A stretch of 54,522 nucleotides of DNA, filler included, from Catajapyx aquilonaris (GCA_000934665.2; 2 parts of 2 records of this genome joined end to end with filler, not necessarily neighbours in it), one strand, 5' to 3'; counted from the whole stretch's first letter, positions 1 to 12,879 are shown. Numbers and translations are program-made. The notes: generated by a model not told the origin, from the sequence alone.

Positions 1-580
1 AAGGTGCAATACTTCCAATTATTTCACCGATCTGCCGTACTACAGGCGCCATGCGCCACATCGCGCACTCGCTCACAAATACTGCTCTCCTCCGTACAAT
101 TCTCAACCGACGTACTTCTAATAAATGCTACAATGTCCGGAATGAAGCTAGGTACAATGTTTACAGGAAGTATTTTCTGTTATACCTCAAGGGGGAGCTG
201 CAAAACGTGACCAAAGAGAAATGTTCTCTGAAGTTTGGTAAGTTCCTTGACGTATTTGTCAGTCATGTGACCTCATACTCATTCCTGAGGAAGCGGTATG
301 GTTCTGTAATTATCGCCTAGGCACTTCTTAACAACTTGGCAGCCAAAATCCGCAGTCAGAACGAGTACCGGGGGCTCCAGAAATTCATTTCTAGCCCCCT
401 AGCAATGTTCAATTTCGGCCATCTTGATGACGTCATTTCGGGCACTTCCCAGGGTCCGACATCAAAAAAATTTCATGTACGATGCAGTCACGATATGCAC
501 TTTCCAAAAAATGGGTCATTTGCTTGTTATACCGCCGTGGTCACTGGACCTCTCAAAAGGTCGAGTGACCGCTCGCCTAG
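1..580 (+). mobile_element. Probable non-autonomous Helitron-like element, 3' end
   Basis: Hairpin ggtcact-gacct...aggtc-agtgacc at 539-570, then CTAG at 577-580 followed by T, which matches the canonical Helitron 3' terminus. The 5' end is not defined in the window. Confidence 0.45.
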
Positions 581-590
581 TATACTCTAA

Positions 591-714
591 TGCCTGATTG
601 CACCAACGAAATCACCGATTCGATAGCTCCTAACATACCGTTAAGACACGTTAAACCTCCTAACGATCCATTAGGAGCTATTGGATCGGTAATTTCGGTT
701 GGGGCAATCGGGCA
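591..714. mobile_element. PIF/Harbinger-type MITE, copy 1
   Basis: About 45-bp TIRs (tgcctgattgcacc.../...gcaatcgggca) with 3-bp TSD TAA at 588-590 and 715-717. A second copy lies at 2217-2345. Confidence 0.85.
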
Positions 715-815
715 TAAACATACCAACTTTCCTTTATCAGTCAGCAGGTATGAAGTCACAGTTCATAATCATTCCCCGATTTTACTGAACTGAACTGCTG
801 TTGTTACTTTCTCTT

Positions 816-3800
816 TTACAAGTATACAGACCAGTAGGCCAACGAGAAAATAGCAAAAGAAAACGGAAATAAGAAGAGCGATAGCTTATCGATAAATGCC
901 ATAGAGTAGTGCGTCTCTGTCGAGTCTGATATTATCTTGGGAGTCTGTCTTGTTGTAGGTGCTACCTTAATTGTTTCAGTCATTTTTGATTGCCGGCCTT
1001 TACAAATATGGCCCAGAATCAAAGCGTACTCTGCCAAGGCTGCAAAGACAAAGAGTATGCAAGCTATTATCCACACTTCTATACATTTCAAGCCGGTCGT
1101 TTTGGGAGACTGCAATCTGAAAAGAAATTAAGGCGTGTCACTGTTGCTTCCTTCTACCAAGCAGAGAATTATTTCCTGAAACTGCCAGCACCAATCCTGT
1201 TAGTACGTAAGCTACAGTTCTCAGTACAAATAGTTGCATGGTGGGCTTTCCAGCGTTACATACTCTATTGTCTAAACCACTCGGTGCACGACATTAGAAC
1301 TTTGCGCAATAACCTCCAGCAACGAATGAGAATCACTGGTTCTAGTCTGACTCACCTCCCCTGACCGCTGAGATGTGATTAAATTAACCAATGATGATTT
1401 TCTCGAGGGTATCTTGAACACTAACCTTACACTGGTATACATTGAAATGAGGGTCAGCATGGTAGTGACTAATAGAACCATCCTCCCAGGAACGGTGTCA
1501 GGGTCCACCAGGAATCCAATCCATGACATAATGACAAAGATAGTGCTAGGAAGATATGTCTGCAGTAAATGCGGTGTGAGTTTTCTTGTCATATTCATTT
1601 CCAGCGCTATGTACGAATACCTCTCTGTAAAAAAACACGTATATTTTTCAATACATATTAGAGAACTATATAAGCTCAAATGCTCAATAGAAAACTATAT
1701 GATCAACCATAATGCGAGATAGCATAATTATATCTTAACAAGGGTGGATAGCAACACACTTTACCTCCATTATATACTTCACTCAATGATGTTGGTGAAT
1801 AAGAAAAGGTCATGTCAAATTGCGACGCCTGATTCCAGCCTTTGACAAACTCTAGGGGTAGATTTATTTTACCATACCAATCGATAACAATCAGTCTGTG
1901 GTTGTAGGCATCTAGAAATAGATACGATAACATAAGTATCGGTCGTCTATATGATTACTTAAAATATTTCTTGACAGAGGCAGAAGCACAGGGTAATTTC
2001 AGATCATTCAGCTGTGCTGTACAGTGCTGGCCATATATCGAGGCAACCGCCAGCGACATTTTTCCGAAGCGGCAGAAGAAGGAATCTTGCTCGCCCGGCT
2101 TGTAGCATGCTTATCTTCGATTCCTTCTTCTGCCGCTTCGGAAAAATGTCGCTGGCGGTTGCCTCGATATATGGCCAGCACTTACCAGGTTCCCTTTACA
2201 GTTTACATGACACTCGTGCCCGATTGCACGAACTAAAATTACCGATCCGATAGCTCATAATGGATCGTTAGGAGCCCTTTTAACGTACGTACTAACGATC
2301 TGTTAGGAGCTATCGGATCGGTAATTTCGCTGGTGCAATCGGGCATCGCGGTCTCGGGATGAGAGCAATGACAAAAAGGAATAATTATACTGTATAAGTG
2401 AATTAAAGAAAAATAATAATAAACAAGGGAAGATTTGCGATCCCACACGAGGCTACGCATTGAAGATAACCAAGGTTATGACCAGTCCGATCTTGTTTGG
2501 AAGGTGGCATACTTTCTGATAGCTCTTCTTTCAATGAAAATAAGAAAAAGCAACAGCAATAGAATTACGTGAATGATAGTTAAATAGAAATGTACCAATT
2601 TTTTGTTGAATGTAAAGACACAATACGTATATAGCAATCTTCTCAGTGACATATTACCAAATAGGCCGAGTAGCACGTGCCTATAGGGCGGCAAATTTTA
2701 GGGGGCGGCAAATGTCATGGAGGCGGAAATTTAATTGAGGAGAAAATTTTGAAGCGTGCGAAAATATGTAATACATGGCGTCCGTCACCTTTTCATGTGC
2801 TGCCCAATGCCCGAGACCAGTAAGGGCGAAAGTCGCGTGCACCCTTCTCCCCTATGACGTGCTATGCTTAGGGGCGGCAAAAACCTAAATAACTTACGTC
2901 ACTGAATCTTCTAAAATGAACCCTTAGAGCTGAATATTTTATTAAAGAGAAATAAAGCACCTTTAAAATACTCACAGCTCATAATTCTTATTATACACCG
3001 TTGTTTGTCCAGAGGATATAGATGGAAATCCATTTGGCAGAGAAGACTTATCTCACAGCTTGAAAGAAAAGTAATAAAAAACTTAAAGATGAACAAAACA
3101 GTGGCCGACAGTTAGGCATAGCTCTTCCCAAAGATTCTGCTACCTTATTATCACGATATCATGCAGCACTATTTCAAAGAGAGCTCCGGCCTGCCCCAAT
3201 TATGAGAGGGGGCGATGTGCTTGTATAATTTTTAAATAGGCTACTAATGCTATCTGTGGTACAGAAAGTTACGAGTGTATAGTTATGTAATCAGGGTGGC
3301 AGAAACCTTGGAGTAACAAGTACAGCATATTTTCTGGTCTCAGCTAATGCTAACAGTAACGTCTAATGCAGCACTTACGGTGTAGAGCGTGCCAACTGAT
3401 TATCACTGTAAATTCTCAGTGATCCTATGCGACTGTGAAGGTTTTGCTGCTGGAAAGTACGGGCTTGTTCTATGAAAAAATCAGGAGTCCAAAAGGTATC
3501 AGCCATGTTATTATCCATGGACACGTAGCTGTTGTTGGCTGCAAACATGTGACGCGAAATGTTAAGTCGTGGCTCATTCCAGGATTGTCGGAAATACCAA
3601 GTCATTGTAATTTCCTGTTTCCATTGGAGAAGGAAGAGAATATTTATAACTTAATGCACTTCAAAGCTGCCAAGAAAAAATTAATATTCTCACCGATTGC
3701 TCTTCGTTGACCTCCAATATTTTGCGAATACATATCGATATGTTGACTAGCAGAGGTCCACCTGAAAATAAAATCGGGATGACAAAGAGCTAATCTGCAA

Positions 3801-4394
3801 TATTTATTCATTAAATACTATTAGTTATATATCACTTATGCCCATGAATTGTGAGAAAACCACCATATGTTGTGCGCCATATCATTAGGCCTAATCATGT
3901 ATCCCACCCTGTAAAAAGGTTAACAATCTCGGCCATAAATAATATTGGGGGGGGGGGGGGGGGNTTCATGGGCAAAATTTCTGATAACTAAAAGGACCTC
4001 ACTACTTGGAACACATGGTATAGGCTGGTTCATTTTCATTCATGCAGGTTCATTCTTTTGTATTTATTCCTATCATTAATTCAAGTCACAACTTGGGGAT
4101 TTGCACGCTGTCACTTTCTGTGATTGTTTAATTTTAGAATGGAAGAGAACCCATTGAAAAATCGAATTCAGCATATCTTACCCTTGGGTGGCGTCGGAGG
4201 CACTCTTTCGTCATAACTCTCCACAAATCTCAACTGTTCCTTTCTTAAAAAATTTTGTGCATTTGCTTTGGAGAGCGACCTAAGGTACAAATTTTCCAAG
4301 GCCATTAAAACCCTTAAGGAAAAAAAAGGACGCGTGTGACTCACCCAATTCCTATATACAAGACCACTGCACAGAGAAATATTGATACTGCCAT
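816..4394 (-). CDS. Divergent Cys-loop ligand-gated ion channel subunit (glycine-receptor/GluCl-like, probably anion-selective), 393 aa
   Basis: Eight phase-compatible GT-AG exons: 4345-4394, 4182-4279, 3694-3761, 3379-3614, 2976-3058, 1765-1911, 1426-1624, 816-1116. Signal peptide MAVSIFLCAVVLYIGIG, YDERVPP, FRQSWNEPRL, FWTPDFF, Cys loop CQMDFHLYPLDKQRC, M1 QTYLPSTIFVIMSWIGF, M2 PGRMVLLVTTMLTL, M3 and M4 (IDKLSLFLFP). Confidence 0.93.
2022..2182. mobile_element. Tc1/mariner-type palindromic MITE in a channel-gene intron
   Basis: About 62-bp perfect inverted arms (agtgctggccatatatcgagg...gaaggaatc) around a roughly 30-nt loop, flanked by TA. Confidence 0.8.
2217..2345. mobile_element. PIF/Harbinger-type MITE, copy 2 (opposite orientation)
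   Basis: Same TIRs as 591-714. The 3-bp TSD is TCG, at 2214-2216 and 2346-2348. Confidence 0.85.
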
Positions 4395-5315
4395 GTTGAT
4401 TTCATGTCTGCAAACAAACACTATCTTACACATAATTATAAAGCTGAATGAATGAATGTCACGGCTACCCAACGCACTTTCCAACTACTGAGAGTGCTGA
4501 AACTTGGCAGACTGCCAGCACATAGTATAATTGCCTTTAAAATACTCATACTTACAATATGACCAGATTGAACACTACTCAATGCACACTCAATGAGTCC
4601 TCCTATTGCAGTGTAAGGTAAATATGTCGGGCAAGCAAACAAGAAAGAAGGATTTCGTTATAACTTGTAAGTAATAAATGGGCTCCAGACGTGTCAGGGT
4701 CATCAACATATTCCTTTACTCAAGTGCGCCTATTCCCGGATATCACGTAAAGCTCAGGTAAATATCGAAAATTGGCGATCGAATATTGTGGCAGGAGCTT
4801 GACAGCATGAAGGTGTCGTGTGAGAGAACCTCCTCTCCAGCTTTCATAACTTAGTCACCAGCTACTTGCATAGATCTGACATTGTTTGTGCCCACCGCAT
4901 TTTGCTATAAATTAATTCATTTTGTCACGCAGTATCTTGCGGGCTATTCTAAGGATGGATTCATCACGGACTGTTGTCGTTGTAAAGGCAGGTTGTTCGG
5001 GTTACTGCCGAAAGGTTAATATTTCGTATTGAAATTCGCAAATTTCCAACTTTTCAAAGCTACAGTACAAAGTCACTGACTGATTAGAACCTTCAGTAAT
5101 TGAAATTTTTATTCAGATTTTTATTTCATTATTGTAGCTACTTGAACAAGTATAAAATTATTGAATAATTTATACTAATCGAAAATTTTAGGCATATCTT
5201 CGATTCTGGCTGCATGGTAGGGATAAATTATTCGAAAATTTCATAATTTGTTATTTGTACGGATTTAATCATTATTGTTCATTTTATTAAAATTTGAAAT
5301 GAATATAATCATGTA

Positions 5316-5432
5316 GGGCGGCACAGTGGTATAGCGGTTTAGCTACACAAGACCACAGCCTTTCACCTTTGAGGTCCCAATTTCGATCCCCGGGTCGGAC
5401 TGAGGATGCTTAGGTGGACAGAGGTTCGATGT
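5316..5432 (+). mobile_element. tRNA-derived SINE, 5' fragment
   Basis: A-box-like cagtggtatagcgg and B-box-like ttcgatccc. It aligns with the head of the SINE at 10000-10720. Confidence 0.7.
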
Positions 5433-6638
5433 TGGTTGATAGGGAACAATAATTGTCCGTGGTATGCGGTGGCATGTTTGGCTGAGTGTGTACGTGATAG
5501 GGATGTGGGGAGGAAGTGTATTGCGTGGAGGTCGTCTGGCTGCCGTCATTTTTGGATGGGTTTATTGTTCAGACGAGGCAGGTCAAATCAGGTCAAGGTC
5601 AATCAGACGGCGGCTGAAGAGGCGACTGAGGAAATGCAACACTTCCCCCTGGGAAGGACTTGGGGTCAAAAGGTCAGAGGAGCTGTTTTGGTCTCCTCCG
5701 ATCAGATCAGAGGCCTTTCCAGGGTGAGATGTTATGAGTGGAGCCTTTCTAATAAACTCAGGGGGGATAGGGACGCGTGATTTGAGCAGTCGAGCCATTG
5801 TTGATGGGAAGTGCATTTGTTTGATCAGAAATGCCGAAAGTAATATATGTCAATGTAAGGCCGACTAGGGGTGGGGGGTTGCATGGGTGGGGGGTCCATT
5901 TGACAAAAAAAATGCATTTTTCTAATTTGGTTACTGTCTTTCCAGTATACTGGTTGTCCCAAGCGATGCCTGACGCCCCATTGTTGCAAATCCAGTACGA
6001 GGAGACCTTTATGAGATTGCTAGTAACTGTCGACCAGTCTAATTGGAAATGGGATTCACGGCCTGCGTGCCCGTGAATTCTATTGCAATTATTATTGAAC
6101 GGCCAGGGGCTTTTTTTTTTTTCAGATTGCGGTTGCAGTTATGGTTGAACGAGACGAATATTCGTGTCCCGTACGTGTTAGGTGTTAGGCGTTAGGTCAT
6201 ATTCGCCTCGATTACCCAAACTGCAACACTGAAATGTGACAAAAAAAACCTGTAACTATAGTTCAGCAATTTATTTTGATTACGGCATTTGGAAACGTAC
6301 TAAAATTGCTAGTTGAATTTTTCAGGTGAATCTGATTATGGTTCTACTACAGCTGGACGTAGCGTACGTAACGTATCCTTTGATTTGTAACTAATTTTGC
6401 CGACTTGTGTGTATAATTGCTTTTTTTTTTTTTGCAGAATGTCTTCAGTGAAGAAATTCCGGATATGAGCTAAAAAAATGTGCCGGACTTGACTATAGGG
6501 AGTCCATAAAACTGACCTCCAACAGGACAATCCTCTCGGCAAGATGACTAGCATGGTAAGGGATAATCTCGTGTGATTATTTCTACTAATGCCGATTCAC
6601 TTTCAGAAACTGCAATAAATGATGGAATTCATCCTTAA

Positions 6639-6782
6639 CCCTGTAATGCCACTAATCTAAGTAATGCCCACTGGGTCATATCTGGCACACCATTTAGTGC
6701 AATTTTTGCAACTTTTGCAATTTTTATATTTTCTGTAAGTGTGCCAAATTGCACTAAATGGTGTGCAAGGGGCATGACAGAG
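6639..6782. mobile_element. piggyBac-type MITE
   Basis: TTAA at 6635-6638 and 6783-6786, imperfect TIRs ccctgtaatgcc/ggcatgacagag, and an internal inverted repeat cacaccatttagtgcaattt. Confidence 0.6.
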
Positions 6783-8339
6783 TTAATGAGGTCGGTGGTG
6801 CAGCAACTGAAAGCTCCGTATCTAGTTTGATCGTATATCTGGCTACAATTCTCAAAAAATGCAGCACGTGGGCACAAAGCAGCAGTGAGCGTGGCTTAAG
6901 AGGTAAATAGTAATTAACAATTTATGCATGGTCACTCATACACCGTCATACACCTTCGCATTTTCAGATGGTGGTTCTCCAGTAGTGACTACTATTATAT
7001 AGACCTACTACGACGACGCCATTTCCACCATACGTTGGATGTTTATACCAATTCTGCAGTGCCTGTTAAATATACGTAGAACGTAGACAACTTCTGTGGA
7101 GGGAAGGGTTGGGGCTTTGAACAAATGTTTCTGATTGGAAGGAAGGAAGAGGAAGTTGAGCGCTCGACTTGCACTGCTTTTCTACTTATCAGTCACATTT
7201 GCTGCTTTATTGTAATTGGGAATTGCTCATGTAAAGGCACTTGCAGTCACCTGTGTTAACAACTGTCAATAAATTGACTTGAAAAGATTCAATTTTTGTT
7301 AATCAAAATCAGCGGCATTCCTCATCAGTCCTGTGATGTAAAAAATTGTGCAATAAATAACTAATATTGGCATATCTGTTTCTGCAATTAAAACCTCTCC
7401 TTCGTATGTGGCGTGTTGTGTACCCAGCACAGTGTATTATTCCACACCATTGATCTTCCAGTGTGTGCAATACCACACCATATGCAGCACAATAAGGAGT
7501 ACAGTTGCATGCATAAAAATTCTGATGGTAGAGCAGATCTTCCTCTGTCCAGAGGCTATTTGAATGGCCCTGCCCTTCAACAGCACCAGGGAAGACCTAG
7601 TACGGCATGCCAAGAATACTGTATGTTGATAGTGTAATGGTGAAACTAGCAGCTCCTCTACTAGCAAGTGGAGTTAAACTGGGCAACCGCCCACATCTTC
7701 ATGCTCACGACTGTACCTTCCCACTGATAAGGCGCTGAAGAAATGCCTTTGGTCCATCCTTAAATGCATCGTGAACCAAATACATGCCTTATTTGGGATG
7801 CACAAATTTGCTAAATGAGCCCTGATTTCTGCCGAGAACATTATTTCACCTTGGTGTGTAAATCCCTCCTTTAATGCCACTGCTACAAGCAGATGATCTG
7901 GATGGCCATGATAAGGCAAAAGCTGTGTTGGCATGCTTGGGAAACCAGGCCACATCCTGAAAAAAGGAAGGCAATGAAACCCTTTGCCTTAAAAATGTAT
8001 GAGCTGCAACAAAACGTTGAACTTTTCTATGAAATGTAAAGTAAACATTTTGTTGGCTCACCATTTTTCAAAAATTCAAAAATTGCAATATGGAGCTTTA
8101 TATTTACCCGATTTACCCTCAGTGTGGTCAAGAGCTAATATGCCTATATGCTCTCGGTGTGGTGGATTCCGACTGGCAAGAAAAGCAAAAAAATTCAAGC
8201 ACCAGAATAATAAATGATTGCAATTACATGTGCTTTGGTATGTAGTTGTCTATTACTTAACCTAACATAAGTAAATATTTTTCAAAACAACACACATTTT
8301 ACAGAGATAAAGATACGTGACCTGTAGTGGCTTCCCGGG

Positions 8340-8530
8340 TATTTTCGTGGATTTGTGTTGGCAACACTGAAATGTCGAATTCGGTCGAACATACGGGTAG
8401 CGCTGGTGCGGTACTATCAGCGAGCAGGCGGGCAGCGGCTTCTCAACACAGTTCGTGTTTCAGCTTTAGGCGCACTGTAAAGAAGCCAGCTTGTTCGTCT
8501 TGACATCTTGGATCCGTCCTGGTGAGAGTT
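8340..8530 (+). promoter_or_regulatory. Candidate promoter and non-coding first exon of CARHSP1
   Basis: CpG-richer patch with a tggcaacactg motif near 8359 and a donor-like ctg|gtgag at about 8521. The link to CARHSP1 is inferred from position only. Confidence 0.35.
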
Positions 8531-9240
8531 CGGCTCCTTCTGCGATGCACAACCGGGATGTTGGCTCGTGTGAAGGCAATGCCATTCAGTCCTTCAGGAG
8601 TACTTATGTTAAGATGGCGGCTTCCAGCCAAGTGCGCAACGCTGCCTAATTTGGGAATGACCGCTGCGAGTCGAGTTGCTGTGGTTTGTTATGCAAAATT
8701 ATGTGGCAGGCTTGAAAGGAAATGGTCCATGGTTGATATGGTGGGATTATGCCAGCATTTTGTGGGTGCGAAAATCAAGTGTAGACTTGCAAAGCCGTTC
8801 TCTCGCAGGCTGTTGTGTATGAGAAGTAATAATTAGACAAACTGTTAGGTGGATAAAACATCCTCTGAACGCAACTAGATGACAATGGGCCTTTGTTTTG
8901 GAGTTAGGAGTGATGATCATTTTAGTTTGGGTGAGCATAGGGGAAGTCCAGTCCACTTGATGAACCCAGATCAGGCCTGTGGGGATGCTAAACTACCTTG
9001 TTAGCAGGGTTGGCAATAATCAATGATTATTTTAAAATAATCAAATAATCGAATTATTTTGCTTATAATCAGATTATTTTGATTATAATCGGATTATTTT
9101 TATAATGTTATTATTTGTAGTACAGCACTTTATTTCATTTTCCTGATAAAAACCCCACCTGCGATTTGAAGAAAATCAAGAAATGTATGTCAATATTGTC
9201 AAACATGTTACATTCCAAGGAAAGTGCATTATACAATATA

Positions 9241-9685
9241 CAGTCAATCCTCGTTTAACACGGATTCCGCTTACTTGGGAGCGACTAGCCGACTACACTA
9301 TTCAGTAGTGTACCTGTGTACATACCTGTAAGTCTGTAACACTTACAGTATTATTGTACACTACTGCATTACGCAGAAAGCAGTGCCTGATGTACTACCT
9401 CTGTGGCTCTGTCATGTTCTCATGTACTGATTATGATAATTAAACTGTATTTTACTACATATACAATAAGTCAAGACTCAAGAGTCAAGAGTTTTAATTT
9501 TAACTTTTTGACTGGTGAGTTTGTGATTATTGGTAGGATAGATGTATGACGAACCTGGTCCCCCAGGAACCTATCCCCCTATTTCCCAATTCCCATAAGA
9601 TTAAATGATTAATGTAATAATGTTTCACTTTACACGAAGTCACGAACCTATCAGGCTATCCCTGATGTTAAACGAGGTTTGACTG
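9241..9685. mobile_element. Tc1/pogo-type MITE nested in the hAT MITE
   Basis: TIR cagtcaatcctcgtttaac/gttaaacgaggtttgactg with TA TSD. Confidence 0.85.
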
Positions 9686-9781
9686 TACATGGTACTATGG
9701 TTCTATGGTAGGATATTTTTTTAGCCTTTCAACATTTTAACTTCTTTAGTGGAATCAAATAACACCTGTTACCTCATGGGC

Positions 9782-9829
<48 letters not shown>

Positions 9830-9852
9830 GTAGTAGTAGTAGTAGTAGTAGT
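9782..9852. repeat. (TTA)n(GTA)n compound microsatellite
   Basis: Read directly from the sequence. Confidence 0.95.
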
Positions 9853-9999
9853 GATTATAATCAAGATTTTTCATTATTAATCAGTTGATTATAATCATGA
9901 TTATAATCATGCCAACCCTGCTTGTTAGCCCACATTACTCCCGTGTTCTGCGTTGCCATTTCTATGCCAGTCTCCAAATTGCCTCCAAGAAGAGTAATA

Positions 10000-10720
10000 C
10001 CCTGTGATAGGCCTTGGGCCTCTTAGCCCTTAACTACGTAGGTGGAGCCTGAGAGGCTCCAAGCACTATTTAAACGCATGTAACTTTTTCATTGAATTTT
10101 ATTTTCCCCTGTCCTTCCGTGACTTTGTCAGAAAAACCTTCCTAAGCATGAAAAGGAAATAAAATTTTTTTTAGTCCCTATTCTTTGGTTTTAAAAAATT
10201 CGTAACGAGGGACAGGTCCCTCCTGGAACCGCTCAGGATCTACCTATGTAGGTGAAGCCTGAGCGGTTCAAGCATGATGTAACCTTTTAATTAAGAATTT
10301 TTCCCTGTCGGAATATGCTGACTCAGCGTGTGATTTTTACGTTTTCGGAAGGCTAATGATCTGAACTGCACTTTCTGTATGTGAAAAGTCCAATATAACA
10401 ATTTAGTTGATAAGCAGAAATTTAAATATACTGTTGGAGCCTCTCAGGCTCCACCTATGTAGTTAAAAGGTGTTTCGCCCACCTACGTAGTTAAGGGTTA
10501 GGGGATCTTCTTTTCGGGAACCGACTTTAATCATTGGCTGCGTATGATGGATTTTGATTGCGGGAGGAAACGGGAGAACCCCGAGAAAACCCACGCGAAC
10601 ACGAAGAGAACCCATCGAAACTCTATCCACATAAGTATCCTCCGTCCGATCCGGGGATCGAACTCGGGAACTTAGAGGTGGAAGGCTGTGGCGCTAACCA
10701 CTCCGCCACCGTGTCGCCCG
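10000..10720 (-). mobile_element. Full-length tRNA-derived SINE with a V-domain-like core, interrupted by a MITE
   Basis: Minus-strand A box tggcggagtgg and B box gttcgatccc. Core gttctcttcgtgttcgcgtgggttttctcgggttctcccgtttcctccc. 12-bp TSD agaagagtaata at 9988-9999 and 10721-10732. Confidence 0.85.
10027..10497. mobile_element. piggyBac-type MITE inserted in the SINE
   Basis: Perfect 19-bp TIR cccttaactacgtaggtgg with 4-bp TSD TTAG at 10023-10026 and 10498-10501. Confidence 0.85.
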
Positions 10721-11044
10721 AGAAGAGTAATAGCTAATGTACACTTTGCATTCCTTCCTGCTGATTGTGCTTTTCTGGTGGGCATAAAAAGCGGCAGGGC
10801 TTGTAATCAAGCAACACCCAGGCAGCAATTACAACATATATTTATGGTTCCTTTATCGGCATAAATGGCTGATGCTTAAAATGTGAGAAGGTTACCACTC
10901 CTCACAATACCATTGGCCTATGCTTCGCTCTTGGCAAGATGAAAAATTTTCAATCGTGATATGTTATGCTATTTTATTACACTTGCACTGGGATAGCAAT
11001 GAGTAATTGCATGAGACAAACATGAGCTAATAATACATACACTA

Positions 11045-12078
11045 CAGAGGTGTGCTCCAATTGAGGTGTTCGTTTCAGTTAGGGACTTTATCTGAAGCTG
11101 CTTATTTATAAGCAGTTACTTTAGAAGAGTTATTCATGACAGTTATTTAAAATCTTAACAGATAATATTAGGCTTAACACCTAACTACCGACGTGACTCT
11201 GCCATACATTGGCTACGACGTGGGGTATTTTTCTACCCCACGCGGTTTTCATTTTTTAAAAAATTTGCCTTAATAGCACTAAAGCCATTCTTCCGCGCTA
11301 AATTCAGCCTGTATTCTCATCTGTATGTGTAAAAAAAATCTATCTCCTGTGACCATTAGTTGAGTCATAAGGGACCTGAGACTCCGTTATCGCACCTTCG
11401 TAGCCTTCCAGCTCGATGCCATAAGAATGACTTATAACGTAAACATTCCCAGCTGCAGGGTATGCAAGATTTTAGTTCCGAGCAATATTTATTGCTGAAT
11501 AACAACACTCACACTTTATGAAATACAATTTTGCTGTGATGCGCTGTGATGTGCTCTCTAAAAAAATTATGTACATTGGCTACGACGTGGGGTATATTTC
11601 TACCCCATCAGTGACGCTTAGCAGCATAAAAGTACCAGTAACTCCGCAATTTTTTTTTCTACTGATGTCAAAAATTTTCTTTGGATTGAAGAAAGTATGT
11701 CTGAGGAATATAGGCCTGCCATTTTTCATTTCATACAAAATTTATTAATCGCGATGGTATTATCTACATTGTGGGGTAGAAAAATACCCCACGTCGGTAG
11801 TTAAGTGTTAATTGAGAATCATCCATCCAAGGTCTTCTGGATTGTGAGGAATTTCCAATTGGAAATGGCCCACTGGAACTATTAGCATCAAGTGTTAATG
11901 ACTGAACCCATTTTTTTGCAGGCCAGACCCTTGCAGGTGTTGAAAAGGTTGGGCCCAGGCAATCAAATAATAGAGGGTTAAATTTTTGATACTCCTTGAA
12001 AGTATTTCTCCAAATTAACTGCTTGAAAATAAGTAGCTTGGGGTGAAAAAGTCTCTAACTAAAATGGACACCTACAGT
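11045..12078. mobile_element. Degenerate TIR element hosting a piggyBac-type MITE
   Basis: Imperfect TIRs aggtgttcgtttcagttagggacttt / aaagtctctaactaaaatggacacct. Ends are approximate. Confidence 0.5.
11178..11807. mobile_element. piggyBac-type MITE
   Basis: TTAA TSD at 11174-11177 and 11808-11811, TIR cac(c/t)taactaccgacgtg, and internal repeats of cgacgtggggtatttttctacccca. Confidence 0.85.
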
Positions 12079-12879
12079 AAATATAAATATCATACACTGT
12101 ATAATCGGAAAAGGACATGGGGGATTGCTTATGAGAAAAGTTGAGCCAGATGGATTTGCCTGAAAGTTGGCCAATTGTTCTGAAGACCCTGAAGAAACTC
12201 TACCATTCTGTTTTGCCGCTAGAGGAATTCAAAGTCGGACTTTCAGGTGGCTCCTATCAGTCTCATTGTCATATGTTGTAGAGTTTCACAAGTGGAATGG
12301 AATGCGCCATGTGGTGATTTTTTGTGACAAACCAACTGAGTTCAACATCGGACCTTGTACTGGGATTATAAGTGCGACATAACAATTCATGCCAATTCAT
12401 GCCCTTAGACATTTTCATGGAATATATTATAGTAAAGTGTCTTGTTAACAACCCTGTTTGATTGCATTATGGGATACAAATCTTAGAAGCAGGGGGCAAT
12501 TTTAGGCATGCTAATCTGCTACTGCATTTATTGGCCAGAACTAGTTAATGTATTGCAAATCCCAGTGTGCGTAAGCCTTATGTCGACACTAGATATTTCC
12601 AGCCAGGCCATGTAGAGCAGTGGTTCCCAACCTTTTTTGGGTCACAACCCGCTTTTATGACAGTCAAGTAACCTGCAACCCCCCTCCCCCTCCCTGAGTG
12701 TTAGTAGGTGTTGAAAAAAACCTTCACGGTGAAATTTTCTACAAGATTTTTCTGATATTAAAAGAGTAAAAATTTGCATCGATACCTTAAAATAACTGCA
12801 GCAGACATTTAAAAAAGTCAAATGATGCAGCCTTATGTATTTGTTTTTTTATTACCTTGCAGGTGGAAAAGCTGAAAGT

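Larger units (their letters stand above)
9005..9920. mobile_element. hAT-type MITE hosting a nested MITE and a microsatellite
   Basis: TIR cagggttggca/tgccaaccctg with 8-bp TSD cttgttag at 8997-9004 and 9921-9928. Confidence 0.9.

Noticed and set aside
5316..5400. tRNA gene (also near 10650-10720, 13548-13625 and 48270-48348)
   Set aside because: A and B boxes are present but no convincing cloverleaf. They continue into shared SINE bodies with TSDs.
5430..5850. Possible Penelope-like reverse transcriptase remnant on the minus strand
   Set aside because: Only a faint motif resemblance with many stops, which I cannot support without a profile search.
6176..6198. TTAGG telomere-like repeats
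   Set aside because: Only three interrupted copies inside repeat-like sequence.
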